From: an uncultured virus (IMG/VR IMGVR_UViG_3300035126_000982)
Taxonomy: Duplodnaviria; Heunggongvirae; Uroviricota; Caudoviricetes
Length of the DNA stretch: 20,000 bases
Strand: one strand, 5' to 3'
Virus record (IMG/VR): IMGVR_UViG_3300035126_000982
Below, piece after piece: positions 1 through 7,934 of the stretch; within the stretch, counting starts at the first letter, position 1; every line of letters starts with the position of its first letter. Under the pieces are notes generated by a model that had not been told where the DNA came from, did no database searches, and worked only from the letters and a program-made list of their open reading frames with translations. The translations under genes and the position numbers were made by a program.

Positions 1-900
1 GGGGCTGTTGAGAGCCTAATTTGGGATATGAAAAACGCTTTAGAAGAAATGGGTCATAAAGTGACCATCATTAATACTGGAGATCCATTAGAAATTATTC
101 GCACTATTAATAGTCTAAGGCCCGATTTTGTTCATATTAATTATGATGATTGGATTCCAATTTATCCCTATATTCAATATCCCTGCGCTATCACGACACA
201 TTTTGCCTATCTGACGAGACCCGAGTTTATGGGGGCCTATAAACAAAGAATTTTTGATCAATTTTCTTATATTAAACCAAATGTCTTTGGACTATCAGAA
301 GAGATCAATGATGTTTATCATTCTGTTTGTAGTATTCCAAAATCTCAACTCTTTTTAAATCCAAATGGGGTTAATTTTGAAATTTTTAAAAAAACGAACT
401 ATCCGGAAAATCCAGATAGTTCAATTTATCTTGCAAAAATAGATCACCGAAAAAGGCAATATTTATTTCAAGAAATAGATTCTCTTTTTTATGCTGGAAA
501 TATTGCTGATTCTAGATTTAATAAAGAGAAGAATTTTCTAGGAGAATGGTCTAAGCAACACCTTTATGAGAATTTAACTGATTATGGTAATCTAGTTCTT
601 CTTTCAGATGGAGAGGCTCATCCTCTTGTTTGTTTAGAAGCATTCGCCGCTGGTCTAGGTGTTGTGATTTCTGAATGGGCATTTGCAAACTTAGATACCT
701 CTAAGGAGTTTATTACGGTTATTCCAGAAGATCAGATAAGTAATATTGCTTATGTTGAAGAAAAAATTATTGAAAACCGGGAATCCTCAATTAAAAATCG
801 AGATCAGATTCTAGATTATGCAAGAACTTTTGATTGGAAAAAAATTCTAACAAGACATTACATACCAAATATTGAGAAATTAATTTATGGACAGGAATAA
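1..900 (+). CDS. Glycosyltransferase, GT-B/GT4-like (5' partial; frame open to the window edge: GAVESLIWDMKNAL...)
   Basis: GAVE-x-LIWD and GHKV N-terminal motifs, PDFVHI, PNGV, and C-terminal E-x7-E motif (EAHPLVCLEA). Confidence 0.8.
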   Translation, partial: GAVESLIWDMKNALEEMGHKVTIINTGDPLEIIRTINSLRPDFVHINYDDWIPIYPYIQYPCAITTHFAYLTRPEFMGAYKQRIFDQFSYIKPNVFGLSEEINDVYHSVCSIPKSQLFLNPNGVNFEIFKKTNYPENPDSSIYLAKIDHRKRQYLFQEIDSLFYAGNIADSRFNKEKNFLGEWSKQHLYENLTDYGNLVLLSDGEAHPLVCLEAFAAGLGVVISEWAFANLDTSKEFITVIPEDQISNIAYVEEKIIENRESSIKNRDQILDYARTFDWKKILTRHYIPNIEKLIYGQE

Positions 901-1675
901 ATCAATCTATAAACTTCAGAATTTTGGTCCGATTTATTATATTAATTTGGACGATCATGTGGAAAGAAGAGAATTTATGGAATCCCAATTTGAATATTGG
1001 GGTATTGAAAATTACACTCGCATTTCGGCGTATGATGGAAGAAATGATGATCTAGGGGATATTATTAAAGGAAAGTATCCTGATAATGTTTCCACTTCAG
1101 AATTGGGGTGCCTAACTAGTCATCTAAAGGCGATTAAGTACTGGTACGAGAATAGTGATACATCATATGCAGTCTTTATGGAAGACGATTGTTTAATTAT
1201 TGCTAATTGTTGGAATTTTACTTGGCAGGAGTTTTTGTCTAGGGTTCCCTATAATTTTGATTGTTTACAGCTTGCTATCATCTGTACCGGAGATCTTCAT
1301 TTGCAAATTCATAGGCATCAAATGAATGAATTTTCTACGGCTTGTTATGTCATAACAAGACGATACGCCAAGAAACTAATCGATCTCCATTGTAGAGATG
1401 GTAAATATAAATTAGATCAAGATATTCGACCTCGTGCGGTGGCAGATGATTTGATCTATTCCACTGGAATCGTATATTCGACTCCTCTATTTTTATACAA
1501 ACTGGAACTTGGTTCTACAATACATGAGGATCATGTAGAAACGTTCCATAAAAATTCTTATGATGGTCTAAAGGCCTTCTGGGAAAATAAGGGTTCTGAA
1601 TTATCTGTGGAGCAAATAACGACATACAACCCGTATTTCAACAGCGTTATTGGCTCTTCTGGTCAGGGGGCTTGA
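887..1675 (+). CDS. Glycosyltransferase family 25 (LPS biosynthesis type)
   Basis: YYINLD...RR, RISAYDG, ELGCLTSH, FMEDD, STACYVI and AVADD motifs typical of GT25. Confidence 0.85.
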   Translation: MDRNKSIYKLQNFGPIYYINLDDHVERREFMESQFEYWGIENYTRISAYDGRNDDLGDIIKGKYPDNVSTSELGCLTSHLKAIKYWYENSDTSYAVFMEDDCLIIANCWNFTWQEFLSRVPYNFDCLQLAIICTGDLHLQIHRHQMNEFSTACYVITRRYAKKLIDLHCRDGKYKLDQDIRPRAVADDLIYSTGIVYSTPLFLYKLELGSTIHEDHVETFHKNSYDGLKAFWENKGSELSVEQITTYNPYFNSVIGSSGQGA

Positions 1676-1700
1676 CAGAACGACAGACCCATGCTATCGT
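1672..1700 (+). promoter_or_regulatory. Sigma70-like early promoter TTGACA-N17-TATCGT with extended -10 TG
   Basis: TTGACA 1672-1677, TGC-TATCGT 1692-1700; same CTTGAC...TGCTA pattern recurs at 5502 and 12943. Confidence 0.7.
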
Positions 1701-1718
1701 AGTGACTTCACCTGGTTC

Positions 1719-1725
1719 CTAAATA
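1719..1725 (+). promoter_or_regulatory. Putative T4-like late promoter CTAAATA
   Basis: Variant of T4 TATAAATA; CTAAATA recurs at gene boundaries at 4699, 6903, 7746 and 14051. Confidence 0.55.
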
Positions 1726-1746
1726 CTTCCTCATTATGAATCAGGT

Positions 1747-1813
1747 GAATTAGAGCCGGAGATGTTGCCTTTAGAACAGGTAATGCCACAACATCAATCC
1801 GGATGTAGAGTTC
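1747..1813 (+). ncRNA. Candidate structured cis-regulatory RNA in the rlpA-like leader
   Basis: Nested pairings GAATT/AGTTC, CCGGA/TCCGG, GATGTTG/CAACATC and CCT/AGG, with a purine-rich internal loop AGAG/ATGTAG; ends 11 nt before ATG 1825. Confidence 0.45.
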
Positions 1814-1824
1814 AATTAAAATTA

Positions 1825-2298
1825 ATGCTTTTTTCTAAAAAAATTCTAACGATTGCGGCCCTAGGTTCAATTGGTGTTTCTATTTTATCTCCAATCGAAT
1901 CTAAGGCTATTTCTGTATCTAAATTTGTTGACCCATCAACTGAAACAAAAACCGAATGGGAAACTAAATTTGAGCAGAAATTTCCCAATTATAAAACGCC
2001 ATTGGCGAGTGTTTATCAAGGTCGAGCGTCATTTTACGGGCCGGGGTTTTATGGTAGACAAACTGCAAATGGTGAAGTTTTCCGCCCAGGTACTATGACC
2101 GCAGCGCATAAAACACTTCCGTTTGGCACTCGCGTCCGAGTTACGAACATGAGTAATGGGAGATCGACGGTTGTTAGAATCAACGACAGAGGACCATATG
2201 TTGGAGGGCGGATCATTGATCTTTCCGAAACAGCAGCAGATGCAATTGGGATGAGAAATTCCGGGGTTTCTCCTGTAAAGATCCAAATCCTAAACTAA
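1825..2298 (+). CDS. rlpA: RlpA-like (DPBB domain) lytic transglycosylase with signal peptide; start re-called from 1762 to ATG 1825
   Basis: GRASFYG, TANGE, MTAAHKTLPFGTRVRVTN, VRINDRGPY, RIIDLS motifs; MLFSKK plus hydrophobic N-terminus. Confidence 0.9.
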   Translation: MLFSKKILTIAALGSIGVSILSPIESKAISVSKFVDPSTETKTEWETKFEQKFPNYKTPLASVYQGRASFYGPGFYGRQTANGEVFRPGTMTAAHKTLPFGTRVRVTNMSNGRSTVVRINDRGPYVGGRIIDLSETAADAIGMRNSGVSPVKIQILN

Positions 2299-2302
2299 GG
2301 CC

Positions 2303-2749
2303 ATGATCCCGACAGTAGAGGAAGTGCGTATTGTTGAACCAAACTTTGAAGAAGTTTTTATTCAAAATCAAAACGCATTCAATAAGTACAATGGTCGAAG
2401 GAACAACTGTTCTAATACAGTAAGGAAATTTCTTTCCTTACTAGGTATAAATACTGACAGAGTTACGGCCTGGGCCGATACAGTCCGTAACCTTGGTAAA
2501 ATCATCTACAACCACAATCAATTACAAAAAGGTGATATTGTGGCCATGGGGAGACCTGGAGATACCTGGCATGTCGGTGTTTATTTCGGAGACGGAAAGG
2601 TTCTCCACCAATCGGCAATGAGAGGCTACAAGGTAGGAATCTTCAACGATATTAATGCCTTCATTAACTATCATCGAGGATTCTATATCGTAAGACCTCA
2701 TACGAACATTCTAGAAAATCAATTTTTCATTTCACCTGAACTTACTTAA
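2303..2749 (+). CDS. NlpC/P60-like (papain-fold) cell-wall hydrolase
   Basis: Candidate catalytic Cys in NNCSNTV, KGDIV, WHVGVYFGDGKVLHQS (His plus polar residue). Confidence 0.75.
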   Translation: MIPTVEEVRIVEPNFEEVFIQNQNAFNKYNGRRNNCSNTVRKFLSLLGINTDRVTAWADTVRNLGKIIYNHNQLQKGDIVAMGRPGDTWHVGVYFGDGKVLHQSAMRGYKVGIFNDINAFINYHRGFYIVRPHTNILENQFFISPELT

Positions 2750-2755
2750 ATTTTT

Positions 2756-4216
2756 ATGAAACTTTATCAACAACTAATGCTTGCCCCAGTAGCCGCTGGT
2801 GTTATGATTTCTCCGGCTACCGCTCAAACAGTTAAACTGGATGTTGTAGATTACTACGCATCTCAGGAGCAAGTAACCAGCATTACACAATTCTCTGATG
2901 TTCGCCCTACTGATTGGGCCTATCAGGCACTCACCAATCTTGTAGAGCGTTATGGTTGTGTTGCTGGTTATCCAGACCTAACCTATCGCGGTGGTCAATC
3001 AATGACCCGTTATGAGGCAGCCGCCCTTCTGAATTCCTGTCTAGATCGTGTAACAGAAGTAACCGATGAAATTCGGAAACTTCAAGAAGAATTTAAGGCT
3101 GAACTAATCGTTCTCCGCGCCCGCGTAGAGGGCCTAGAAGCCCGTGCCGCTGTTCTTGAGGCAACTCAATTCTCTACTACCACCAAACTTAATGGTGAAG
3201 TAAGTTTTGTTCTTGCTGGTGTTCCTGATTATCAGGGTCGCGGTGTCAAGGCAGATGAAACCTCATTTAATTATGATATGCGCCTGAATTTCGATACCTC
3301 ATTTACCGGTAAAGATCTTCTTCGCACTCGTCTACGGGCCGGGAATTTTAGTGATCTTCCTTTTGGCTCTAGTTCTTCACTGTTCAAACTTGACAAGGCC
3401 GAAACCACTGATAATTCGGTAGAACTTGATCGACTGTATTACCAGTTCCCGGTAGGTAGTGACGTAACTGTTACTGTTGGTCCTATGGTACGGAATACTG
3501 AAATGGCCTGGGTTCCCACTGCATATCGTTCTGGGATTCTTGATTTCTTCACGACTGCTGGTGCTCCGGGTGTTTATAACAAGGCAACCGGTTCTGGTAT
3601 TGGTGTTCAGTATCAGGCAAATGGTCTCGTTGCCGGTGTAAATTATGTTGCCCAAAACGGCGACAGCACCGAATCGGGCGTATTTGATGCTGATGGTGCC
3701 CTGAACGTAATGGCCCAGCTCGGCTACAAGGCCTCTAATTGGGGTGTTGGCGTCGGTTATCGTTATGGCTCCGAGGGCACTCGTCCACGCACCTACAACG
3801 GCTTCCGTGGGGCCAATGGAGCACTTCTGGACAACCAGGACTCGAATAGTGTTGCGGTGAATGCTTACTGGCAGCCCGTTGAATCTCGCGTTGTTCCATC
3901 GATCAGTGCTGGTTATGGTTATAATGCCGTAAGTGGCCAACCTGGGGACACTGATGCAACCGATTCCCAATCCTGGTTTGTCGGTATGCAATGGAATGAT
4001 GCTTTTGTTTCTGGAAATTCTGCTGGTGTTGCGGTTGGTCAACCTGCAAATGCAGAAGATCTTGATGAGGCCCTGATGCTTGAAGTTTTCTATAAGGTTC
4101 AAGTAACTGATAATATCAGTGTTACTCCTTCTGTATTTTATGTGAGTAATGATGCTGGCCAACGAGGTAATGCTTCTGAGGTCGGTGGCGTAATTCAGAC
4201 GACCTTTAGGTTCTGA
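2756..4216 (+). CDS. Cyanobacterial Som/OprB-type outer-membrane porin with N-terminal SLH domain
   Basis: Signal peptide; FSDVRPTDWAYQAL..LVERYGCVAGYP; TRYEAAALLN; coiled coil; QFSTTTKL; FDTSFTGKDLLRTRL; C-terminal Phe. Confidence 0.95.
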   Translation: MKLYQQLMLAPVAAGVMISPATAQTVKLDVVDYYASQEQVTSITQFSDVRPTDWAYQALTNLVERYGCVAGYPDLTYRGGQSMTRYEAAALLNSCLDRVTEVTDEIRKLQEEFKAELIVLRARVEGLEARAAVLEATQFSTTTKLNGEVSFVLAGVPDYQGRGVKADETSFNYDMRLNFDTSFTGKDLLRTRLRAGNFSDLPFGSSSSLFKLDKAETTDNSVELDRLYYQFPVGSDVTVTVGPMVRNTEMAWVPTAYRSGILDFFTTAGAPGVYNKATGSGIGVQYQANGLVAGVNYVAQNGDSTESGVFDADGALNVMAQLGYKASNWGVGVGYRYGSEGTRPRTYNGFRGANGALLDNQDSNSVAVNAYWQPVESRVVPSISAGYGYNAVSGQPGDTDATDSQSWFVGMQWNDAFVSGNSAGVAVGQPANAEDLDEALMLEVFYKVQVTDNISVTPSVFYVSNDAGQRGNASEVGGVIQTTFRF

Positions 4217-4222
4217 TAACTT

Positions 4223-4245
4223 TGGGGTGCTAGGTCGGCGCCCCA
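4223..4245 (+). terminator. GC-rich hairpin after the porin gene (possible terminator or processing stem)
   Basis: TGGGGTGC-TAGGTCG-GCGCCCCA; the T-rich tract is not immediately adjacent. Confidence 0.5.
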
Positions 4246-4268
4246 TAACTATTCTTTATTTTTTAACA

Positions 4269-4478
4269 ATGACAGTAGTAACAAACGAACACGGACAAAT
4301 TAATGTATTTCCAAAAGAACCCACTATGTATATTACGGAGAAAGATCAGTTGAAACATGAAGAAATGTCTTATGCTGAAAGAGCAGAAATTCTAAATGCC
4401 CAATGGGCTATTATTGGTGTGATTGCAGGCATTATTTCTTATTCCGCAACCGGCAAACTTTTCTTTGGACTTTATTGA
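4269..4478 (+). CDS. hli: High-light-inducible protein (HLIP), divergent; start re-called to ATG 4269
   Basis: MTVVTNEHGQINVFPKEP N-terminus, AEILNAQWAIIG (canonical ExxNGRxAMxG), TGKLFFG C-terminus. Confidence 0.85.
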   Translation: MTVVTNEHGQINVFPKEPTMYITEKDQLKHEEMSYAERAEILNAQWAIIGVIAGIISYSATGKLFFGLY

Positions 4479-4488
4479 GGATAAAACT

Positions 4489-4578
4489 ATGATTCTTGGA
4501 CGAGCCGCAATGATTTCTGTTGTGATTATGATGGTAACTTATCTTGCCACTGGTCAACTAATTCCAAATGTGTGGTGA
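4489..4578 (+). CDS. hli: Short HLIP-like peptide, 29 aa (MILGRAAMISVVIMMVTYLATGQLIPNVW); not in ORF track
   Basis: GRAAM and TGQLIP match HLIP signatures; GAGG SD upstream; lacks ExxN. Confidence 0.65.
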   Translation: MILGRAAMISVVIMMVTYLATGQLIPNVW

Positions 4579-4579
4579 T

Positions 4580-4666
4580 ATGGGAGAAGTTATCTTTACG
4601 GTTACAAGCATCAGCTTTCTGGTGCTTCTCTTTCACTCGATTAATCAGCTATCTGAAACTTATTGA
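4580..4666 (+). CDS. Small membrane peptide, 28 aa (MGEVIFTVTSISFLVLLFHSINQLSETY); not in ORF track
   Basis: Tightly packed after the second hli, one hydrophobic helix, ends just before a terminator. Confidence 0.55.
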   Translation: MGEVIFTVTSISFLVLLFHSINQLSETY

Positions 4667-4671
4667 TTTAT

Positions 4672-4692
4672 AGGAGCCTTATGGCTCCTTTT
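4672..4692 (+). terminator. Rho-independent terminator
   Basis: AGGAGCC-TTAT-GGCTCCT followed by a T-rich tract. Confidence 0.8.
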
Positions 4693-4698
4693 CCTTTC

Positions 4699-4705
4699 CT
4701 AAATA
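4699..4705 (+). promoter_or_regulatory. Putative late promoter CTAAATA
   Basis: Directly after the terminator, 20 nt before ATG 4726. Confidence 0.6.
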
Positions 4706-4725
4706 GTCCAAATCAGGATTGTTTC

Positions 4726-4962
4726 ATGGAAGGATTTTTTAGTGAGTGTGGTAATTATGGGGCCTTTAGATTTGGTAAAAAATTTATGGTGGTTTATAGG
4801 GGCCAGCAATTAGAAGTTTTTAACACAATTAACCAATGCAAAAAGTTCATAAAGACTCATAGCGCCAGTTTAGAAACTGTCATAACCAAACCAAAGACCA
4901 CCTCAAAACCTGATAAAGTAAAACCAAGTTCTAGGAGAACCAAGTGCTCACAACAAAAGTAA
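4726..4962 (+). CDS. Hypothetical basic protein; start re-called to ATG 4726
   Basis: AGGA SD upstream; the ORF-track start would span the terminator and promoter. Confidence 0.65.
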   Translation: MEGFFSECGNYGAFRFGKKFMVVYRGQQLEVFNTINQCKKFIKTHSASLETVITKPKTTSKPDKVKPSSRRTKCSQQK

Positions 4963-5255
4963 GACTGCAATTGGAAGAAATCTGCCAGCGAATCGAGTTG
5001 AAACAAGAAGTTTCTTTCTCGGACATGAATCTGATTCAAAAATATGCTAATGTAAATAGAACAGTCTATGATATGCTACAGAGAGCCCGAAGGAGGGCAA
5101 TTCAAGGAAGTTTTCATGAAGGCGGTCTAGATGAATTTTTGGACCAGATGAACATCGGAAATCCGGATCCTCAAACTCACATCACTAAAGATAGTAGTAT
5201 TGATGATCTTGCGGATTTCTTCAAAAGCGATAATGACCACATGCGGCGAGATTAA
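4944..5255 (+). CDS. Hypothetical phage protein
   Basis: GTG-start ORF in a packed gene array; stop overlaps the next ATG. Confidence 0.7.
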   Translation: MLTTKVRLQLEEICQRIELKQEVSFSDMNLIQKYANVNRTVYDMLQRARRRAIQGSFHEGGLDEFLDQMNIGNPDPQTHITKDSSIDDLADFFKSDNDHMRRD

Positions 5256-5509
5256 TGCTTCTTTCTAATTATCAAATAGTTTTACTTTTTATCTTTTCTG
5301 TCATTGCCTATATGGTGGTAGTAGATAAAAATGTTGCAGAATACATTAATCTTGCTTTTAAGATTTTCTGGATAACCATTCAAAGATATTTCTGGATTCT
5401 GAGATACCACCCCAAAAATCCAATCACGAACTTTATTATGGCCAGGCGATACGCCAAAATGGCCAAGGAGTTTCACAAGGAAATGACCTCCAAGCCCCCT
5501 CTTGACTGA
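5255..5509 (+). CDS. Hypothetical membrane protein
   Basis: TAATG coupling; N-terminal hydrophobic helix. Confidence 0.7.
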   Translation: MLLSNYQIVLLFIFSVIAYMVVVDKNVAEYINLAFKIFWITIQRYFWILRYHPKNPITNFIMARRYAKMAKEFHKEMTSKPPLD

Positions 5510-5531
5510 TCACACCATCCTGTGCTAGAAT
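5502..5531 (+). promoter_or_regulatory. Sigma70-like early promoter TTGACT-N18-TAGAAT with extended TG
   Basis: TTGACT 5502-5507; TGC-TAGAAT 5523-5531. Confidence 0.65.
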
Positions 5532-5553
5532 GACAACACCATCCGATTTTGAC

Positions 5554-6135
5554 ATGGAAGACAAACTAGATTTTAAGTCCTTACAATCAAGGATTAATGA
5601 AATTAAAGAAGGCGGCGAAGAAAGTGCCGACTTTACAATGGAATACATTCAGTGCCTATTTGATCGACATGATCTAAAAGAAAGTATTCCAGATGATTAT
5701 GAATTACCAGATGTTCCTGATGTTATTTTTGACGCGATTCGCAAAGGAGAAGTTCCCACACGGGATCAAATTCTTCTAATGGATGCTGATACTCAAAATC
5801 ATCTTCTTTTTGAACTTGTCTGGGCCTGTGGGATGCTTGCGGTTTCTTATTACACCCAAGATGAAGAAACAGAAGATGAAGAATCAAGTACTTTTGATGT
5901 TATTCTTAATATGGTCAAGGAGGGTCCTGGTCAATGGTCTGCCTGTTATCTTATTGCGGTCATGACTCTTATGATTGCCAGGGTTCCTTCCCAGACTATG
6001 ATTGCACGACTCACAAATAATTTTGACGAATCAGAAGAACAGGTCCAGGAAAATATTAACAACTTTATCGAACTTGCTTCTGCGTTACTTCTAAGGCATA
6101 AAGAAGACAAGATCTATTATGATTCTGAGGAATGA
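5554..6135 (+). CDS. Acidic hypothetical protein; ATG 5554 preferred because ATG 5530 overlaps the -10 box
   Basis: Long open frame, very D/E-rich, no recognised motif. Confidence 0.7.
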   Translation: MEDKLDFKSLQSRINEIKEGGEESADFTMEYIQCLFDRHDLKESIPDDYELPDVPDVIFDAIRKGEVPTRDQILLMDADTQNHLLFELVWACGMLAVSYYTQDEETEDEESSTFDVILNMVKEGPGQWSACYLIAVMTLMIARVPSQTMIARLTNNFDESEEQVQENINNFIELASALLLRHKEDKIYYDSEE

Positions 6136-6296
6136 CCGATTTTGATCCAACGGCTCCTTGGTTTGAATTTAATTCATATTGCGAGTGTTGCTATTCTTTA
6201 GGAGTAGCCCCGTCAATCAGGGCCTTTGTTGGTTATAACAAGTTCTTCAAAGAGTATTTTAATGAGAAAACGCAAAAATTCGACGCCAAAGGTTAA
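6132..6296 (+). CDS. Small hypothetical protein, 54 aa (MTDFDPTAPWFEFNSYCECCYSLG...); not in ORF track
   Basis: ATGA overlap with the previous stop, GAGG SD, fills the gap. Confidence 0.65.
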   Translation: MTDFDPTAPWFEFNSYCECCYSLGVAPSIRAFVGYNKFFKEYFNEKTQKFDAKG

Positions 6297-6504
6297 ACCC
6301 CCGGCCATCGCCACCTCAAGCGTTGATTATGAGCTGCCCCCTTTCCATATTGCATTTCCGTTCAGGCTGTGCTACAATGACCGAGGAGAAGAAAAGACCT
6401 GCTACTTTTCTTGTAAGGAGCATGTTCAGTCTTATGTCAGTCGCTACAAGTTAAAGAAAAATCAGGTTAAAATCGAGAAAACACTACCCAAAGGAGAAAA
6501 CTAA
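6262..6504 (+). CDS. Hypothetical basic protein; start ATG 6262
   Basis: First in-frame ATG; packed with neighbours. Confidence 0.65.
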   Translation: MRKRKNSTPKVKPPAIATSSVDYELPPFHIAFPFRLCYNDRGEEKTCYFSCKEHVQSYVSRYKLKKNQVKIEKTLPKGEN

Positions 6505-6505
6505 A

Positions 6506-6733
6506 ATGGCACTTAGCGAAAAAGTAGAAGACAAGCTGAAAGAAGCCGAAGGAGTTCTTCGGGATTCTCTTTATTGGGCTTCCAAGAATGAAAAGCCTAC
6601 GACTATCAGTGCAATCTCTCATGTTCTTCTTGAGATTGATGCTCTTCTAAAAATTGATAAATTCCAGGATCAACTAGAAAATCTAATAAATAAACAAGAT
6701 CCTAACAATCCCTTTGGAGGATTCTTTAAGTGA
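6506..6733 (+). CDS. Hypothetical protein
   Basis: AGGAG SD; helical ORF. Confidence 0.7.
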   Translation: MALSEKVEDKLKEAEGVLRDSLYWASKNEKPTTISAISHVLLEIDALLKIDKFQDQLENLINKQDPNNPFGGFFK

Positions 6734-6906
6734 TTAATTACCTTTCTGAAACTGAGCAAGACGAGCTTTTCGCGTTAAAAAACGCTATTACGGACAGTAT
6801 TTCTGCTGTTAATTCTGATAAAATGGAACGCTTTACAGAGCTATTCGTTAGGACTCTTTCAGGAAAAGGCCCTGGTGAGGTTTTTGCAGAACCTTCTAAC
6901 TTCTAA
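6730..6906 (+). CDS. Small hypothetical protein, 58 aa (MINYLSETEQDELFALKNAI...); not in ORF track
   Basis: GTGA overlap with the previous stop, GGAGG SD, fills the gap. Confidence 0.65.
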   Translation: MINYLSETEQDELFALKNAITDSISAVNSDKMERFTELFVRTLSGKGPGEVFAEPSNF

Positions 6907-6909
6907 ATA
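6903..6909 (+). promoter_or_regulatory. Putative late promoter CTAAATA
   Basis: 15 nt upstream of ATG 6925. Confidence 0.6.
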
Positions 6910-6924
6910 GTCAAAAAGGCTATT

Positions 6925-7170
6925 ATGAAAACATTCAGACAATTTCTAGAACAAGATATTTCTTCTTTTGAACAAAGACGTAAAAATACCTTGGACATGA
7001 ATAGAGAAAGACTTGAGCAAGACGCTGAAAGAAGGAAACAAGAGTCTGAAGAAAGAGCAACCAAACTAAAGGCCGAAAGACAAGCTAGGGAAGAAGAACG
7101 ACACCAAAAAGAGGTCGCTAGAAGAGAACAACAATTACAACAAAGATTACGCCAACTAGAGCAACGATGA
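6925..7170 (+). CDS. Charged coiled-coil protein with a capsid-targeting-like N-terminus (candidate internal head protein)
   Basis: MKTFRQFLE resembles the T4 internal-protein leader MKTYQEFIAE; E/R/Q-rich body; late-promoter motif upstream. Confidence 0.6.
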   Translation: MKTFRQFLEQDISSFEQRRKNTLDMNRERLEQDAERRKQESEERATKLKAERQAREEERHQKEVARREQQLQQRLRQLEQR

Positions 7171-7403
7171 AATTCACAATCTATTCAAAACCTGGCTGCC
7201 CTTATTGTGATAAGATTAAAGCAGTCATGTATAATTATAATTTTGAACATGTGGTCTACACTCTTGACGAAGATTTTACTCGTCAACAATTTATTGATCA
7301 ATTTGGGCCAGGACGCACATTTCCTCAGGTTATTATGAATGATCAAAAACTTGGTGGCTGTGTAGATACTGTAAAATACCTAAGAGAGCAAAATCTTGTC
7401 TAA
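7167..7403 (+). CDS. nrdC: Glutaredoxin
   Basis: CPYC active site, TFPQV, LGG. Confidence 0.95.
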   Translation: MKFTIYSKPGCPYCDKIKAVMYNYNFEHVVYTLDEDFTRQQFIDQFGPGRTFPQVIMNDQKLGGCVDTVKYLREQNLV

Positions 7404-7753
7404 TGGAAGAGACTCTTTATGATGTAGAAAAAGCAATTGATTTTGCCTTTAAAGAAAAGAAATTTATTATGAATTTCTACTCTTATTTAAAGGTAAAAAA
7501 TGCTCGTAGGGTTGATGCCCAAGAATTTAAAAAGAGTCTGACTGCCGAAAATATCAGATCCCTGGCTCAGGAACTGAATCTTTATATCCAAGGCGGCCAG
7601 ACCGAAGATGCCAGGCAACTCAGGGAGGCTTATGGACATCTCTCTAAACCAGAAGCCAGAAAAATCATGACCTATATTTTAGGTTTCATTGATGATTGTG
7701 ATAAGTACGTTAAGGACAAGAATGCAAAACGGCCAAGACGAAAGCCTAAATAA
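7403..7753 (+). CDS. Hypothetical phage protein
   Basis: TAATG coupling to glutaredoxin; contains QLREAYGHLSKPEARKI. Confidence 0.75.
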   Translation: MEETLYDVEKAIDFAFKEKKFIMNFYSYLKVKNARRVDAQEFKKSLTAENIRSLAQELNLYIQGGQTEDARQLREAYGHLSKPEARKIMTYILGFIDDCDKYVKDKNAKRPRRKPK

Positions 7754-7778
7754 TATACCAAACCGAGGAATCCTATGG

Positions 7779-7934
7779 ATGATCGGTTCAAAAAGTAATA
7801 AGGAGGAGCAGTTTTTCAATTTTCACATTCAGAAAACTGTTACTCTTTTCTCTAGAAGATTTCAGTTTTCTGCAGGACTTACCGGAACAAAATCTAAGGA
7901 GAAAACAAATGTACGGAATGACTATTTACATTAG
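7779..7934 (+). CDS. Small hypothetical protein (start uncertain; frame open from 7689)
   Basis: Follows CTAAATA at 7746-7752 and a GAGG SD; fills the gap. Confidence 0.4.
   Translation: MIGSKSNKEEQFFNFHIQKTVTLFSRRFQFSAGLTGTKSKEKTNVRNDYLH

Noticed and set aside
1762..1824. N-terminal extension of RlpA from ATG 1762
   Set aside because: Lies inside the predicted RNA stem and would bury the signal peptide that begins at 1825
3377..4246. 289-aa antisense ORF over the porin gene
   Set aside because: Best explained as a shadow of porin codon bias; no recognisable protein features
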